DNA of 33,492 nucleotides. Origin: a virus (lineage: Duplodnaviria > Heunggongvirae > Uroviricota > Caudoviricetes). The notes under the pieces are model-generated. The model saw only the letters and a program-made list of their open reading frames with translations, had not been told where the DNA came from and ran no database searches. How positions within the stretch are numbered: position 1 is the first letter of the stretch; each line of letters opens with the position of its first letter. The stretch lies in the IMG/VR virus record IMGVR_UViG_2660238642_000001; one strand, given 5' to 3'. This document shows positions 1 through 9,211 of the stretch, one piece after another. Made by a program: the position numbers and the translations under genes.

Positions 1-996
1 TTATGGACGCATTATGGACATTCCTGACACCGGGTTAAGAGTCACAGCATCTTGTAAGAAATCCGGTGCAAAGTGTGCGTAGGTCATAGTTTGCTGAATG
101 TTAGAATGACCCAGGATGCGCTGCAATGTGATTATGTTACCTCCATTCATTATAAAATGTGTGGCAAATGTATGCCTCAAAACATGTACTGCTTGTCCGT
201 CAGGTAAATCGGGTTTTACTTCCCTGAGAGCGTTACGCACTTTGTAGTAACTGGCATTAAAAAGCCTGCCTGAATTTTTGGTCTTGATCCGTTTAATCAG
301 GTCCTGCGAAACGGGAATTGTCCTGCGTTTTCCGTTTTTAGTTTTCATAAACGTAACCATCTGGTTAATGATGTGTTCAGCTTTTAAATTAGATACTTCA
401 CTCCACCGTCCACCTGTAGAAAGGCAGACCAGAGTTGCATTTAATTCATCACCATCAAGCATGGATAACAGCCGCGTAATCTCTTCACTGGACAAAAAAG
501 CCATTTCCGTAACAGCTTCACGTAACCGTTTAATCTCACGGAACGGGTTGTGAGAGTGGTATTCACCGGCGTCAATTAACTTGGTGAACATCCCGCTCAT
601 TATTGCCAGATGTCGATTTACGCTGGCTGGTTTCAGACCATCGTTCATCATTACAACGCGATAATCAGTTATCGTTTTCTTTGTTAGCTGGTCAGCTCTG
701 GACACTCCCATTTCTGCAAATTTGGCGATTATTGTCGTTAAACGCCCCCGTTCAATATCTCCACGCTCATGTGATTTTCCGTGATATATCCACCATCTGC
801 CTAACAACTCTGTAAGAGTTCGGCGGTCGGCTGGTTTCTCCAACCACTCTTTGTTGTGGTAGTTAACCAGTACATGACGTTCGAATGCTTGAGCTTCACC
901 TTTAGTTTTAAATTTCCGCCTGATACGTTTTCCATCTGCACCCTGCGGTCTGACGTCCACTTCATAACGACCATCATCGAGCTTTTTAATAGACAT
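1..996 (-). CDS. int: Phage integrase, tyrosine recombinase (P2 Int family)
   Basis: 331-aa ORF. C-terminal catalytic region shows HVLRHTFATH and LGHSNIQQTMTYAH (box II and Tyr nucleophile of tyrosine recombinases). N-terminus MSIKKLDDGRYEVD resembles P2 Int as recalled. Position is next to the C repressor as in P2. The window starts exactly at the stop codon. Confidence 0.9.
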   Translation of the reverse strand: MSIKKLDDGRYEVDVRPQGADGKRIRRKFKTKGEAQAFERHVLVNYHNKEWLEKPADRRTLTELLGRWWIYHGKSHERGDIERGRLTTIIAKFAEMGVSRADQLTKKTITDYRVVMMNDGLKPASVNRHLAIMSGMFTKLIDAGEYHSHNPFREIKRLREAVTEMAFLSSEEITRLLSMLDGDELNATLVCLSTGGRWSEVSNLKAEHIINQMVTFMKTKNGKRRTIPVSQDLIKRIKTKNSGRLFNASYYKVRNALREVKPDLPDGQAVHVLRHTFATHFIMNGGNIITLQRILGHSNIQQTMTYAHFAPDFLQDAVTLNPVSGMSIMRP

Positions 997-1089
997 AAAG
1001 CCCTCCGATGACGCTGTTTACTTCTACTACTTGAAAATTAATGCAATTTTCTTTCGTACATTTACTGCACACATATGCTGAATAAATCG

Positions 1090-1401
1090 TCAGCCAGTCT
1101 TTTGGTCTGAGTGGTGCAAGGTTGTTGAGTCTTGCCCAATGTGCGCGAGCGCCGGGGCTATTTGTCCGCCAGCGGGATCAGTTTCATCAAACATGAACCA
1201 GTCACGGTACTTGCGAAATCTTTCTGGCTTGAAAAATTTCATACCTGCGTCAAAAGACATCTTTACTTTTCCCTGCTCATATCCAGCATAGGTGTTGTAG
1301 TTAATCCCAGTTAATTCAGCGACTTGCTTCCTTGTCATCCTTTCTGACTCCCTAATAAGTGCGAGTTTCTCTGCTTGAGATGTGATTTGTGTATTTGACA
1401 T
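1090..1401 (-). CDS. C: Immunity repressor C (P2 C-like, helix-turn-helix)
   Basis: The ORF track gives a 119-aa frame. An internal start MSNTQITSQ... gives ~103 aa, matching the P2 C size (99 aa). The C-terminus ...GQIAPALAH.GQ...HSDQKTG matches the P2 C tail as recalled. Transcribed divergently from cox. Confidence 0.8.
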   Translation of the reverse strand: MSNTQITSQAEKLALIRESERMTRKQVAELTGINYNTYAGYEQGKVKMSFDAGMKFFKPERFRKYRDWFMFDETDPAGGQIAPALAHIGQDSTTLHHSDQKTG

Positions 1402-1505
1402 GAATTGTCGTATCTCGTAATTTATGTTGCATGCGACAAGCCAGAACAACGCAGAGCGGCTTCAAATAGCTCTGGTTGAATGGCACCAAAGTTGAGGATA
1501 TCAAA
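1402..1505. promoter_or_regulatory. Divergent early promoter and operator region (Pc/Pe-type lysis-lysogeny switch)
   Basis: ~100-bp AT-rich intergenic spacer between the divergently transcribed C and cox, as in the P2 switch. I could not assign -35/-10 hexamers or operator repeats with confidence. Confidence 0.4.
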
Positions 1506-1862
1506 ATGAGTATTGGATCAGAAATGAATAACGATGTTGGAGAAAAAGTATCTGATCTCACAAAAAGTAAAAAATGTGACATCAAGCTCGCTGCCGCACC
1601 GTCGGATCTACTCTCGAAAGAGGGTTTTGCTCTTTACATCGGTAAGACGCCTCGCGCTGTAGCTGAAATGGCGAAAGCAGGCAAGCTGCCTGCCTTTTAC
1701 ATGGCAGACCCATTAAAGCCGGGAGGTCATGCTGAGTTATGGATTAATCGTCGTGAGTGGGACAAGTACGCAGCACAGCTAGTCGATGAAGCTCCATCAG
1801 AATGGCACGACTGGAAAAATCGCATTAGTTATAGCAAATCAAGACATGGCCGTGCGGCTTAA
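1506..1862 (+). CDS. cox: Cox-like excisionase and early transcriptional regulator
   Basis: First rightward gene after the switch region. The ATG at 1506 is preceded by GAGGAT. The track ORF starts at 1476 and an ATG at 1524 is also possible. ~118 aa, longer than P2 Cox (91 aa); assigned by position and small basic character. Confidence 0.65.
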   Translation: MSIGSEMNNDVGEKVSDLTKSKKCDIKLAAAPSDLLSKEGFALYIGKTPRAVAEMAKAGKLPAFYMADPLKPGGHAELWINRREWDKYAAQLVDEAPSEWHDWKNRISYSKSRHGRAA

Positions 1863-1872
1863 GGTGGAAAGG

Positions 1873-2043
1873 ATGAATGAGCCTCGTTGTATTGCTCAGT
1901 TATTGCGTAACGAAAGCCCCAGGGCGATTGACTTCACCATCACCCACGGTAAGGGGCGTAAGGGAATCATTATCCGCACCAAAAAACAGAGTCCGTTAAA
2001 GAGGGCTCTGACCTTTCTGAAAAGCCGGAGGGTCTGGAAATGA
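1873..2043 (+). CDS. Small basic hypothetical protein (position of P2 orf78)
   Basis: The ATG at 1873 is preceded by AAGGTGGAAAGG. The 56-aa Lys/Arg-rich product has a stop overlapping the B start (ATGA). Confidence 0.4.
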   Translation: MNEPRCIAQLLRNESPRAIDFTITHGKGRKGIIIRTKKQSPLKRALTFLKSRRVWK

Positions 2044-2540
2044 CAGTGATGACACTTAATCTTGTCGAAAAACAGCCAGCAGCTATGCGCCGGATAATTG
2101 GTAAGCATCTGGCCGTCCCTCGCTGGCAGGAGACATGTGATTATTATAATCAGATGATGGAACGCGAACGGCTAACGGTTTGCTTCCATGCACAGTTAAA
2201 ACAGCGTCACGCAACGATGCGTTTTGAAGAAATGAACGACGTCGAACGTGAACGACTGGTATGTGCAATTGATGAATTGCGTGGGGCATTCTCAAAACGC
2301 CGTCAGGTCGGTGCAAGTGAGTATGCATATATTAGTTTTTTAACAGTCAGTCAGCGTCGTACTTTATTTATGCATGCCGGATTGACTGAAAAAGAATTCA
2401 ACCAGCCATACTGGCGAATTAATGAAGAATCATGTTACTGGCGTGATGCTTTATTCCGTGCATTACGTGAATTATTCAGCCTGTTTGAGTATGCACCGAC
2501 AATTCTGACGTCGGTAAAACCAGAGCAATATCTGCATTAA
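2040..2540 (+). CDS. B: Replication protein B (helicase-loader-like)
   Basis: 166 aa, the same length as P2 gpB, at the same position between cox and A. Start is coupled to the upstream ORF. Confidence 0.75.
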   Translation: MTVMTLNLVEKQPAAMRRIIGKHLAVPRWQETCDYYNQMMERERLTVCFHAQLKQRHATMRFEEMNDVERERLVCAIDELRGAFSKRRQVGASEYAYISFLTVSQRRTLFMHAGLTEKEFNQPYWRINEESCYWRDALFRALRELFSLFEYAPTILTSVKPEQYLH

Positions 2541-2603
2541 GTAATTAACCAGAGTTTTTAACGCACTTAATCGTGCGGGGCTTCTTTTTGCCTGGAGAAA
2601 GTC

Positions 2604-2828
2604 ATGCATACAGTTTCTGAAAATCAGTGCGGTAAATACGCATTACTGCTGCAACAGGCCAGAACCGAAGCACAGGCCGATGCAGCGACGCGCTTTTCTT
2701 CTCATCTTGACGCCATGATTCGCCACATCACAAAGGCGGAGTTATCCCGCGTGGAGATAGTCGAGCTGCTCAGTCAGGAGTCGGAAAAATTTCACAATAT
2801 CGGATTGTCTCGCAGGGAGGTGCTTTGA
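2604..2828 (+). CDS. Hypothetical early protein (P2 orf80 position)
   Basis: 74-aa ORF in the early operon with backbone-like composition. Confidence 0.5.
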   Translation: MHTVSENQCGKYALLLQQARTEAQADAATRFSSHLDAMIRHITKAELSRVEIVELLSQESEKFHNIGLSRREVL

Positions 2829-3130
2829 TGTCCTGTTCTCGTTCGGTTGTATTACCGAATAACGCCTTAAAAATCGCCGTTATGAAAAATGGTGATTTGT
2901 CTCTTATTCAACTTGGTCTTGATAAAGAGAAGTGCGACATAACTGAATCTGTTATCGCGATTTATCAGAGTGAATTAAACCTCCTGTCTGATGTGGTCAA
3001 TTTACTTGTTAAACGCGCTGTATTTCACAAGCAAATTTCATCCGTGGATGAGCTGACAAAATTAACGACAGAAATCGCCAGCTATTGCGCTGATGAATTT
3101 AAGAAACTGAACGACAAAAGGAACTGGTAA
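2825..3130 (+). CDS. Hypothetical early protein (P2 orf81 position)
   Basis: 101-aa ORF overlapping its neighbours by 4 nt (ATGA-type coupling). Confidence 0.5.
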   Translation: MMSCSRSVVLPNNALKIAVMKNGDLSLIQLGLDKEKCDITESVIAIYQSELNLLSDVVNLLVKRAVFHKQISSVDELTKLTTEIASYCADEFKKLNDKRNW

Positions 3131-3354
3131 TGCCGGACAACGTAGATTTCATTCAGGAACAACAGGCTGAATTACTGGAGCGCCAGATTAACGCGGCGAG
3201 GGTAAAACATTGCGGTGCTTCTGCGCTGGTTTGCGAAGAGTGTGATGTGCCAATACCTGCTGCCCGTCGTGCGGCTTATCCGTCAGCCACGCGTTGTGTT
3301 TCCTGTCAGTCAGTCTTTGAAGCAAAAAACAAACATTACCGGAGAACGTCATGA
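3130..3354 (+). CDS. TraR/DksA-family C4 zinc-finger protein (P2 orf82-like)
   Basis: 74 aa with CEECDVPIP...RCVSCQ (CxxC-N17-CxxC) near the C-terminus, typical of phage TraR homologues. Confidence 0.7.
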   Translation: MPDNVDFIQEQQAELLERQINAARVKHCGASALVCEECDVPIPAARRAAYPSATRCVSCQSVFEAKNKHYRRTS

Positions 3355-3626
3355 GTATTCGTATTGAAATTGGCGAACGTTATGTCGTTACCAGTGACAG
3401 CTTTCAGTTTATTCTCCACGAGAAAAAGAGAGCGGAAAGCGGTAAAAACGCCGGTCAGGAATGGTTGGCGGTGGTTGGTTATTACCCGAAATTAAGCCAG
3501 CTCGTTTCCGGCCTGATGCATCACGATATTCTGACCGGAAGCGCAAAGTCTTTTGCTGATTTAAACGCGCAGGTTGAGCAACTCAGCAAGCGTTGTTCAG
3601 AGGCTTTGGGCTCATATGGCCGTTAA
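3351..3626 (+). CDS. Hypothetical early protein (P2 orf83 position)
   Basis: 91-aa ORF coupled to its neighbours, overlapping the start of A. Confidence 0.5.
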   Translation: MSIRIEIGERYVVTSDSFQFILHEKKRAESGKNAGQEWLAVVGYYPKLSQLVSGLMHHDILTGSAKSFADLNAQVEQLSKRCSEALGSYGR

Positions 3627-5895
3627 AGCCTCCGGGCGTTTTGTCCCTCCGTCAGCATTTGCCGCAGGCACCGGTAAGACGTTTACCGGTGCTTATGCAT
3701 GGAACGCGCCACGCGAGGCTGTCGGGCGCGAAAGACCCCTTACACGTGACGAGATGCGTCAGGTGCAAGGTGTTTTATCCACGATTAACCGCCTGCCTTA
3801 TTTTTTGCGCTCGCTGTTTACTTCACGCTACGACTACATCCGGCGCACTAAAAGCCCGGTGCACGGGTTTTATTTCCTCACATCCACTTTTCAGCGTCGT
3901 TTATGGCCGCGCATTGAGCGCGTTAATCAGCGCCATGAAATGAACACCGACGCGTCGTTGCTGTTTCTGACAGAGCGTGACCATTATGCGCGTCTGCCGG
4001 GGATGAATGACAAGGAGCTGAAAAAGTTTGCCGCCCGTATTTCATCGCAGCTTTTCATGATGTATGAGGAACTCTGCGATGCATGGGTTGATGCACATGG
4101 CGAAAAAGAATCGCTGTTTACGGATGAGGCGCAGGCGCATCTGTATGGTCATGTTGCTGGCGCTGCACGTGCTTTCAATATTTCCCCGCTCTACTGGAAA
4201 AAATACCGTAAAGGACAGATGACCACGAGGCAGGCATATTCTGCCATTGCCCGTCTGTTTAATGATGAGTGGTGGACTCATCAGCTTAAAGGACAGCGTA
4301 TGCGCTGGCATGAAGCGTTACTGATAGCTGTCGGGGAGGTTAATAAAGACCGCTCACCTTATGCCAGTAAACACGCCATTCGTGATGTGCGTGCACGCCG
4401 CCAGGCAAATCTGGAATTTCTTAAATCGTGTGACCTTGAAAACAGGGAAACCGGCGAGCGCATCGACCTTATCAGTAAGGTGATGGGCAGTATTTCTAAT
4501 CCAGAAATTCGCCGGATGGAGCTGATGAACACCATCGCCGGTATTGAGCGTTACGCCGCCGCAGAGGGTGATGTGGGGATGTTTATCACGCTGACCGCAC
4601 CGTCAAAGTATCACCCGACACGTCAGGTCGGAAAAGGCGAAAGTAAAACCGTTCAGCTTAATCACGGCTGGAACGATGAGGCATTTAATCCAAAGGATGC
4701 GCAGCGTTATCTCTGCCGTATCTGGAGCCTGATGCGCACGGCATTCAAGGATAATGATTTACAGGCCTACGGTTTGCGTGTCGTCGAGCCACACCATGAC
4801 GGAACGCCACACTGGCATATGATGCTTTTTTGTAATCCACGCCAGCGTAACCAGATTATCGAAATCATGCGTCGCTATGCGCTCAAAGAGGATGGCGACG
4901 AAAGAGGTGCCGCGCGAAACCGTTTTCAGGCAAAACATCTTAATCGGGGCGGTGCTGCGGGGTATATCGCGAAATACATCTCAAAAAATATCGACGGCTA
5001 TGCACTGGATGGGCAGCTCGATAACGATACCGGCAGACCGCTGAAAGATACTGCCGCGGCTGTTACCGCATGGGCGTCAACGTGGCGCATTCCGCAATTT
5101 AAAACGGTTGGCCTGCCGACAATGGGGGCTTACCGTGAACTACGCAAATTGCCTCGCGGCGTCAGCATTGCTGATGAGTTTGACGAGCGCGTCGAGGCTG
5201 CACGCGCCGCCGCAGACAGTGGTGATTTTGCGTTGTATATCAGCGCGCAGGGTGGGGCAAATGTCCCGCGCGATTGTCAGACTGTCAGGGTCGCCCGTAG
5301 CCCGTCGGATGACGTTAACGAGTACGAGGAAGAAGTCGAGAGAGTGGTCGGCATTTACGCGCCGCATCTCGGCGCGCGTCATATTCATATCACCAGAACG
5401 ACGGACTGGCGCATTGTACCGAAAGTTCCGGTCGTTGAGCCTTTGACTTTAAAAAGCGGCATCGCCGCGCCTCGGAGTCCTGTCAATAACTGTGGAAAGC
5501 TCACCGGTGGTGATACTTCGTCACCGGCTCCCACGCCTTCTGAACACGCCTCAGCAGTGCTTAATCTGGTTGATGACGGTGTCATCGAATGGAGTGACCC
5601 GGAGGTCGTGAGGGCGCTCAGGGGGGCATTAAAACACGGACTGAGAAGACCAAACCGCCAGCAAAGAAACGGAAGCACGTTAAAACCACATGAAATTGCA
5701 CCATCGGCCAGACTGAGCCGGTCGGAACGATTGCAAATTACCCGTATCCGCGTTGACCTTGCTCAGAACGGTATCAGGCCGCAGCGATGGGAGCTTGAGG
5801 CGCTGGCGCGTGGGGCAACAGTAAATTATGACGGGAAAAAATTCATGTATCCGGTCGCTGACGAATGGCCGGGACTCTCAACATATTATCAATGA
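3616..5895 (+). CDS. A: Rolling-circle replication initiator (endonuclease) A
   Basis: ~760 aa from the ATG at 3616 (MAVKASGRF..., matching the P2 gpA N-terminus as recalled; the track ORF begins earlier at 3574). Contains the HUH motif EPHHDGTPHWHMMLF and paired catalytic tyrosines in GYIAKYISK. Confidence 0.9.
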   Translation: MAVKASGRFVPPSAFAAGTGKTFTGAYAWNAPREAVGRERPLTRDEMRQVQGVLSTINRLPYFLRSLFTSRYDYIRRTKSPVHGFYFLTSTFQRRLWPRIERVNQRHEMNTDASLLFLTERDHYARLPGMNDKELKKFAARISSQLFMMYEELCDAWVDAHGEKESLFTDEAQAHLYGHVAGAARAFNISPLYWKKYRKGQMTTRQAYSAIARLFNDEWWTHQLKGQRMRWHEALLIAVGEVNKDRSPYASKHAIRDVRARRQANLEFLKSCDLENRETGERIDLISKVMGSISNPEIRRMELMNTIAGIERYAAAEGDVGMFITLTAPSKYHPTRQVGKGESKTVQLNHGWNDEAFNPKDAQRYLCRIWSLMRTAFKDNDLQAYGLRVVEPHHDGTPHWHMMLFCNPRQRNQIIEIMRRYALKEDGDERGAARNRFQAKHLNRGGAAGYIAKYISKNIDGYALDGQLDNDTGRPLKDTAAAVTAWASTWRIPQFKTVGLPTMGAYRELRKLPRGVSIADEFDERVEAARAAADSGDFALYISAQGGANVPRDCQTVRVARSPSDDVNEYEEEVERVVGIYAPHLGARHIHITRTTDWRIVPKVPVVEPLTLKSGIAAPRSPVNNCGKLTGGDTSSPAPTPSEHASAVLNLVDDGVIEWSDPEVVRALRGALKHGLRRPNRQQRNGSTLKPHEIAPSARLSRSERLQITRIRVDLAQNGIRPQRWELEALARGATVNYDGKKFMYPVADEWPGLSTYYQ

Positions 5896-6308
5896 TGATT
5901 GACATGAATATACTACTGAGATTAATCAGATCATCGATTGATTCCAAGATTATAGTATGGAATGGGAACCGTAAACCGCTCTGAGAGTTGTATGCATATA
6001 TGCCTGAGGGCAAAGCTTAACGTGGTTATTTTGACCAACGTCAGCTACCTAAGAGTTATGGCTGGTCTTATGCTTCTGCATTCCCACAAGCATGTGATGT
6101 GTGGGAAAATGGAGCAGGGAAATCTAAGTTAAGTTGGATTCTAATGTAATTAAGATGCCTAAGTTTGCTTATCTTTCGCTGTGACGTGGAACTTTGTTAT
6201 GATACTGCATGCATAAACAGTTGTTTTCTGCTGTTTAAATTACCAGTGAGCACTTTTGCTTGCTAAGTATAGAATGTAGTCATTTTAAACATGTTGCAAG
6301 GTAGTATC

Positions 6309-7451
6309 ATGGCTGAAGAAGCAGGGCGCTTAACATTTTTTGATGTAACGAAAGCTGGTTTTTACAATCTTAAGGATGAAGTTCAAAAAAGCACGGATAT
6401 TGTAAATATATTAGACTCCCTGTCCAACTGGGTTTGTTCTCGTTCTTTTGAAGAAACCCTACCATTGGTTGATGACTCTAGACTGCGGAAAAAGGTTTAT
6501 TGTCGAGGTGTGCATAAAGATGAAAAGACAGGCGATTATTTTTTTGTGCTTTGGAAATCAGAACTTGATGGCAATGGTAATCTTCAGGGGGTTGCGCCAG
6601 ATTCACAGGTAAATTCATCATCTAGTGACGTTAAGATGCTTTCGGATGATATGACTGATGGGGTTAAATATATTTGGGGTAAGCCATGTTATTACTGGTA
6701 CATCCCTGAGTTCAATAAATTTGCTGCAATTCGTTTCCCTCACTCAAACTCAGACACTTATCTTTTTAGTCGCTATATTAGAGATTATGCTAATTTCAGA
6801 ATGCCATATCCCGGGCGTAAAATTGCAGAAGTATGCAGACCAAATCCAGGTGGGAAAGACATAAAGTTTAGTGTTGTTACATTTGAAAGTGATGACGGAA
6901 GTTCACGAGTAAGATTTTTATTTGAAGCGCAGCAGTATATGAAAAAAGCTGGGCGTATAAATATAAAGAAGATTCGTGACTCTATAACACATATTGTAAT
7001 AAGAGATACAATTGGAGCTAAAGTTCCAGATAAAAGAGCTTGGTGGGTAAAGGCTTTTGATAAATTTCCTGTATTACGTGATGAAGTACCTAAGACTCAT
7101 AAAGAACGACAGATAGAGTTAATTATTGAAGAAAGACCAACTGAAAAGCAAATTGACGAACTTTTCGATTTTTATGAAGAGGATTATGCTTTCGGCTCTT
7201 CTTGGAACAATATCGGCTTCAAACAGGATGGTAAGAATGGGCAGACTAAGTGGTTAGATGAATATGTTATGCGTGATTATTTGAATGCTACTTATACTGT
7301 AAATGATAACGCACATATCTCGGCTGAGAAATTGGCAGAGTTAATTAATGATAAACGAAAAGAACTCGTAAGTGGTCTCGATGGTTATGAGATTGATAAA
7401 ACTCAAGTTATACCTTCGGGAAATAACAATGAGGTCGCTATAGGAGGATGA
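6309..7451 (+). CDS. Hypothetical soluble protein, first gene of the island-1 two-gene operon (candidate defence protein)
   Basis: ~380-aa ORF in a clearly AT-rich island. The ATG at 6309 is preceded by AAGG; the track start is 6291. No Walker, RT, or nuclease motifs recognised. An Rx4H string (RDSITH) is present but not diagnostic. The stop is 1 nt from the start of the next gene. Confidence 0.6.
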   Translation: MAEEAGRLTFFDVTKAGFYNLKDEVQKSTDIVNILDSLSNWVCSRSFEETLPLVDDSRLRKKVYCRGVHKDEKTGDYFFVLWKSELDGNGNLQGVAPDSQVNSSSSDVKMLSDDMTDGVKYIWGKPCYYWYIPEFNKFAAIRFPHSNSDTYLFSRYIRDYANFRMPYPGRKIAEVCRPNPGGKDIKFSVVTFESDDGSSRVRFLFEAQQYMKKAGRINIKKIRDSITHIVIRDTIGAKVPDKRAWWVKAFDKFPVLRDEVPKTHKERQIELIIEERPTEKQIDELFDFYEEDYAFGSSWNNIGFKQDGKNGQTKWLDEYVMRDYLNATYTVNDNAHISAEKLAELINDKRKELVSGLDGYEIDKTQVIPSGNNNEVAIGG

Positions 7452-7452
7452 T

Positions 7453-7959
7453 GTGATAATAAAGATCCTTATTGGGATTCTCATGGCCTTCGTTCTGCTT
7501 GTTGGCGGTTTTAGCATTTCAGAAAGCGTCAAATATTCATATGTTGTTGATCTTCTTGGTGTTTTGCAAAATACGTCCGCGATGATTTTTGCAATTGCTG
7601 GTATTTGGCTAGCTTATCTCTATCCAAATGCAATCGCTGGTTTGATGAAATCTGAAAAAGTGGATTTTTTAGCAAGCAAAAGTGAAGCGAAGCGCATAGA
7701 AGGTATGATTCTTATTATCATTATGTCCGCTACTGTATTAATTTTTATTATTGCTTTTTACGCATTTAATGCTGTTCTCCGCGGTACGGATTTCTATGCG
7801 AACAATCGTCACCTTATTAAAGGTGTGAGTTGTGTATATATCTTGAGTATATTACTGACTCAACTGTCATGCGTTATTGTTCTTATTTGGAGAAATGTCT
7901 CGTTTATAAATAGGTTGTATACAGTAATAAACGAAAAAGAATTGGAGGAAAAGTTATAG
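7453..7959 (+). CDS. Small 4-TM integral membrane protein, translationally coupled partner
   Basis: GTG start 4 nt after AGGAGG (7443-7448) and 1 nt after the upstream stop. 168 aa with four hydrophobic stretches of ~20 residues (IIKILIGILMAFVLLVGGFSI, AMIFAIAGIWLAYLY, MILIIIMSATVLIFIIAFYAF, VSCVYILSILLTQLSCVIVLIW). Confidence 0.6.
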   Translation: MIIKILIGILMAFVLLVGGFSISESVKYSYVVDLLGVLQNTSAMIFAIAGIWLAYLYPNAIAGLMKSEKVDFLASKSEAKRIEGMILIIIMSATVLIFIIAFYAFNAVLRGTDFYANNRHLIKGVSCVYILSILLTQLSCVIVLIWRNVSFINRLYTVINEKELEEKL

Positions 7960-7991
7960 CGAACGGCATTTAATGCTGTTTTAATGATCTT

Positions 7992-8030
7992 AAGGGGTGT
8001 TTTTAATGCACCCCTTTCATGATTTTTTTT
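7992..8030 (+). terminator. Rho-independent terminator closing the island-1 two-gene operon
   Basis: Perfect 8-bp stem AAGGGGTG / CACCCCTT with a 9-nt loop, followed within 6 nt by a T8 run. Confidence 0.55.
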
Positions 8031-8076
8031 AGTGTTTGTTGTTTTTAATAAGAATTGTGAATTAACAGGAGAGGAT

Positions 8077-8808
8077 GTGATACACATAACAAAGCCAGGA
8101 ATTTTATTTAAGTATCGTAAGTTTGATAAAAACAATCTGAAGCTGTTATTGAATCGTGAGTTATGGTTTGCAAAACCAGATACTCTTAATGATCCTTTTG
8201 AAGCAAATTCTTCATTTTCAAATGTGCTTGATGCTGTTTGGAAACATTATCCACTGCCTCTTGATATGAGAATTAAATATGAGAGATATCTTAAACAGTC
8301 ATTGCAGCAAGTCGGAATTTGTTCCTTTAGTAAAGCGAGGAAAAATCAATTGATGTGGTCACATTATGCCGATGAACATAAAGGTATTTGCATTGGCTTT
8401 AAAGAGGAGTATTTGAAGAAAGCTGGGGTTTCTTTTTTGGAAGCAGATGTGGAATATCAGGATAATTATCCCTTTGATGATATTGTTAAACGTATTCATT
8501 ATTTTGAGGATAATGAATGCCTTAACGGGTTTGATAATATTTGCGGGGATATTTTACTTTCTATTTTAACGACAAAGTACACAAGTTGGAAATATGAAAG
8601 GGAGCGCCGATTGATTGTGGAGAATTTTGGAGCAAGGAAATTTGAACCTTTAGCGGTCAATTCTATAGCTTTTGGGTTAAGAATGAAGGAAAGAGATAAA
8701 AAAACGCTACTGACTCTATTGTCAGGCCCAGAGTGGTCGCATTTGAAATGGTTTCAATCAACGAAATCATCAATTAAATACTCTTTAGATTTCATACGTA
8801 TTAAATAG
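8077..8808 (+). CDS. DUF2971-like protein (unknown function)
   Basis: LWFAKPDTLNDPFE and MWSHYADEHKGICIGF match my recollection of the DUF2971 signature. The track ORF starts at GTG 8032, but a GTG at 8077 preceded by AGGAGAGG and lying downstream of the terminator is the more likely start. Confidence 0.55.
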   Translation: MIHITKPGILFKYRKFDKNNLKLLLNRELWFAKPDTLNDPFEANSSFSNVLDAVWKHYPLPLDMRIKYERYLKQSLQQVGICSFSKARKNQLMWSHYADEHKGICIGFKEEYLKKAGVSFLEADVEYQDNYPFDDIVKRIHYFEDNECLNGFDNICGDILLSILTTKYTSWKYERERRLIVENFGARKFEPLAVNSIAFGLRMKERDKKTLLTLLSGPEWSHLKWFQSTKSSIKYSLDFIRIK

Positions 8809-9211
8809 CTTTCAAATAGTTACGGTGGTTGTCATGTTATCGTCCCTCTTAACTGTCAGATCTGATTGAATACTGGATATGTAACCTATCAGTTGGTGTC
8901 TGAGTTAATACAACTGAAAGTATCAAACTGATGGCTTTTGTTCACAGTCGGCAGCAGATAATGAAGCACGAAAATCTGATGCTTGATGCGTTGGTTGGAG
9001 GGCAATTAGTCCGGGAGAATTACGGGTTGCTTAACGATATCAGTCCATCCAGAATGGCTCCGTCATCACACAGATGATAGAGAACGCCGCTAGCCGTGAA
9101 ACTTGTTTCTAGTGTTAGCGGGGGGGAACAATGAGTGCAGCGATGCGTTAGACTTATTTGTGTATTATGGCTTAATCTCGGATAGAGTTTGTTATCTGGA
9201 GAATAGGTTAT

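Noticed and set aside
3593-5678. Alternative-frame and antisense ORFs within gene A (3593-3943, 4042-4311, 5108-5446, 5140-5388, 5385-5678)
   Set aside because: Contained entirely within the A reading frame, which carries the diagnostic HUH and tyrosine motifs; no independent evidence.
6291-7959. Assigning the two-gene operon to Kiwa (KwaA/KwaB)
   Set aside because: The gene order (soluble then membrane) is opposite to canonical Kiwa and I cannot verify sequence similarity to DUF4868 from memory; kept as an unassigned candidate.
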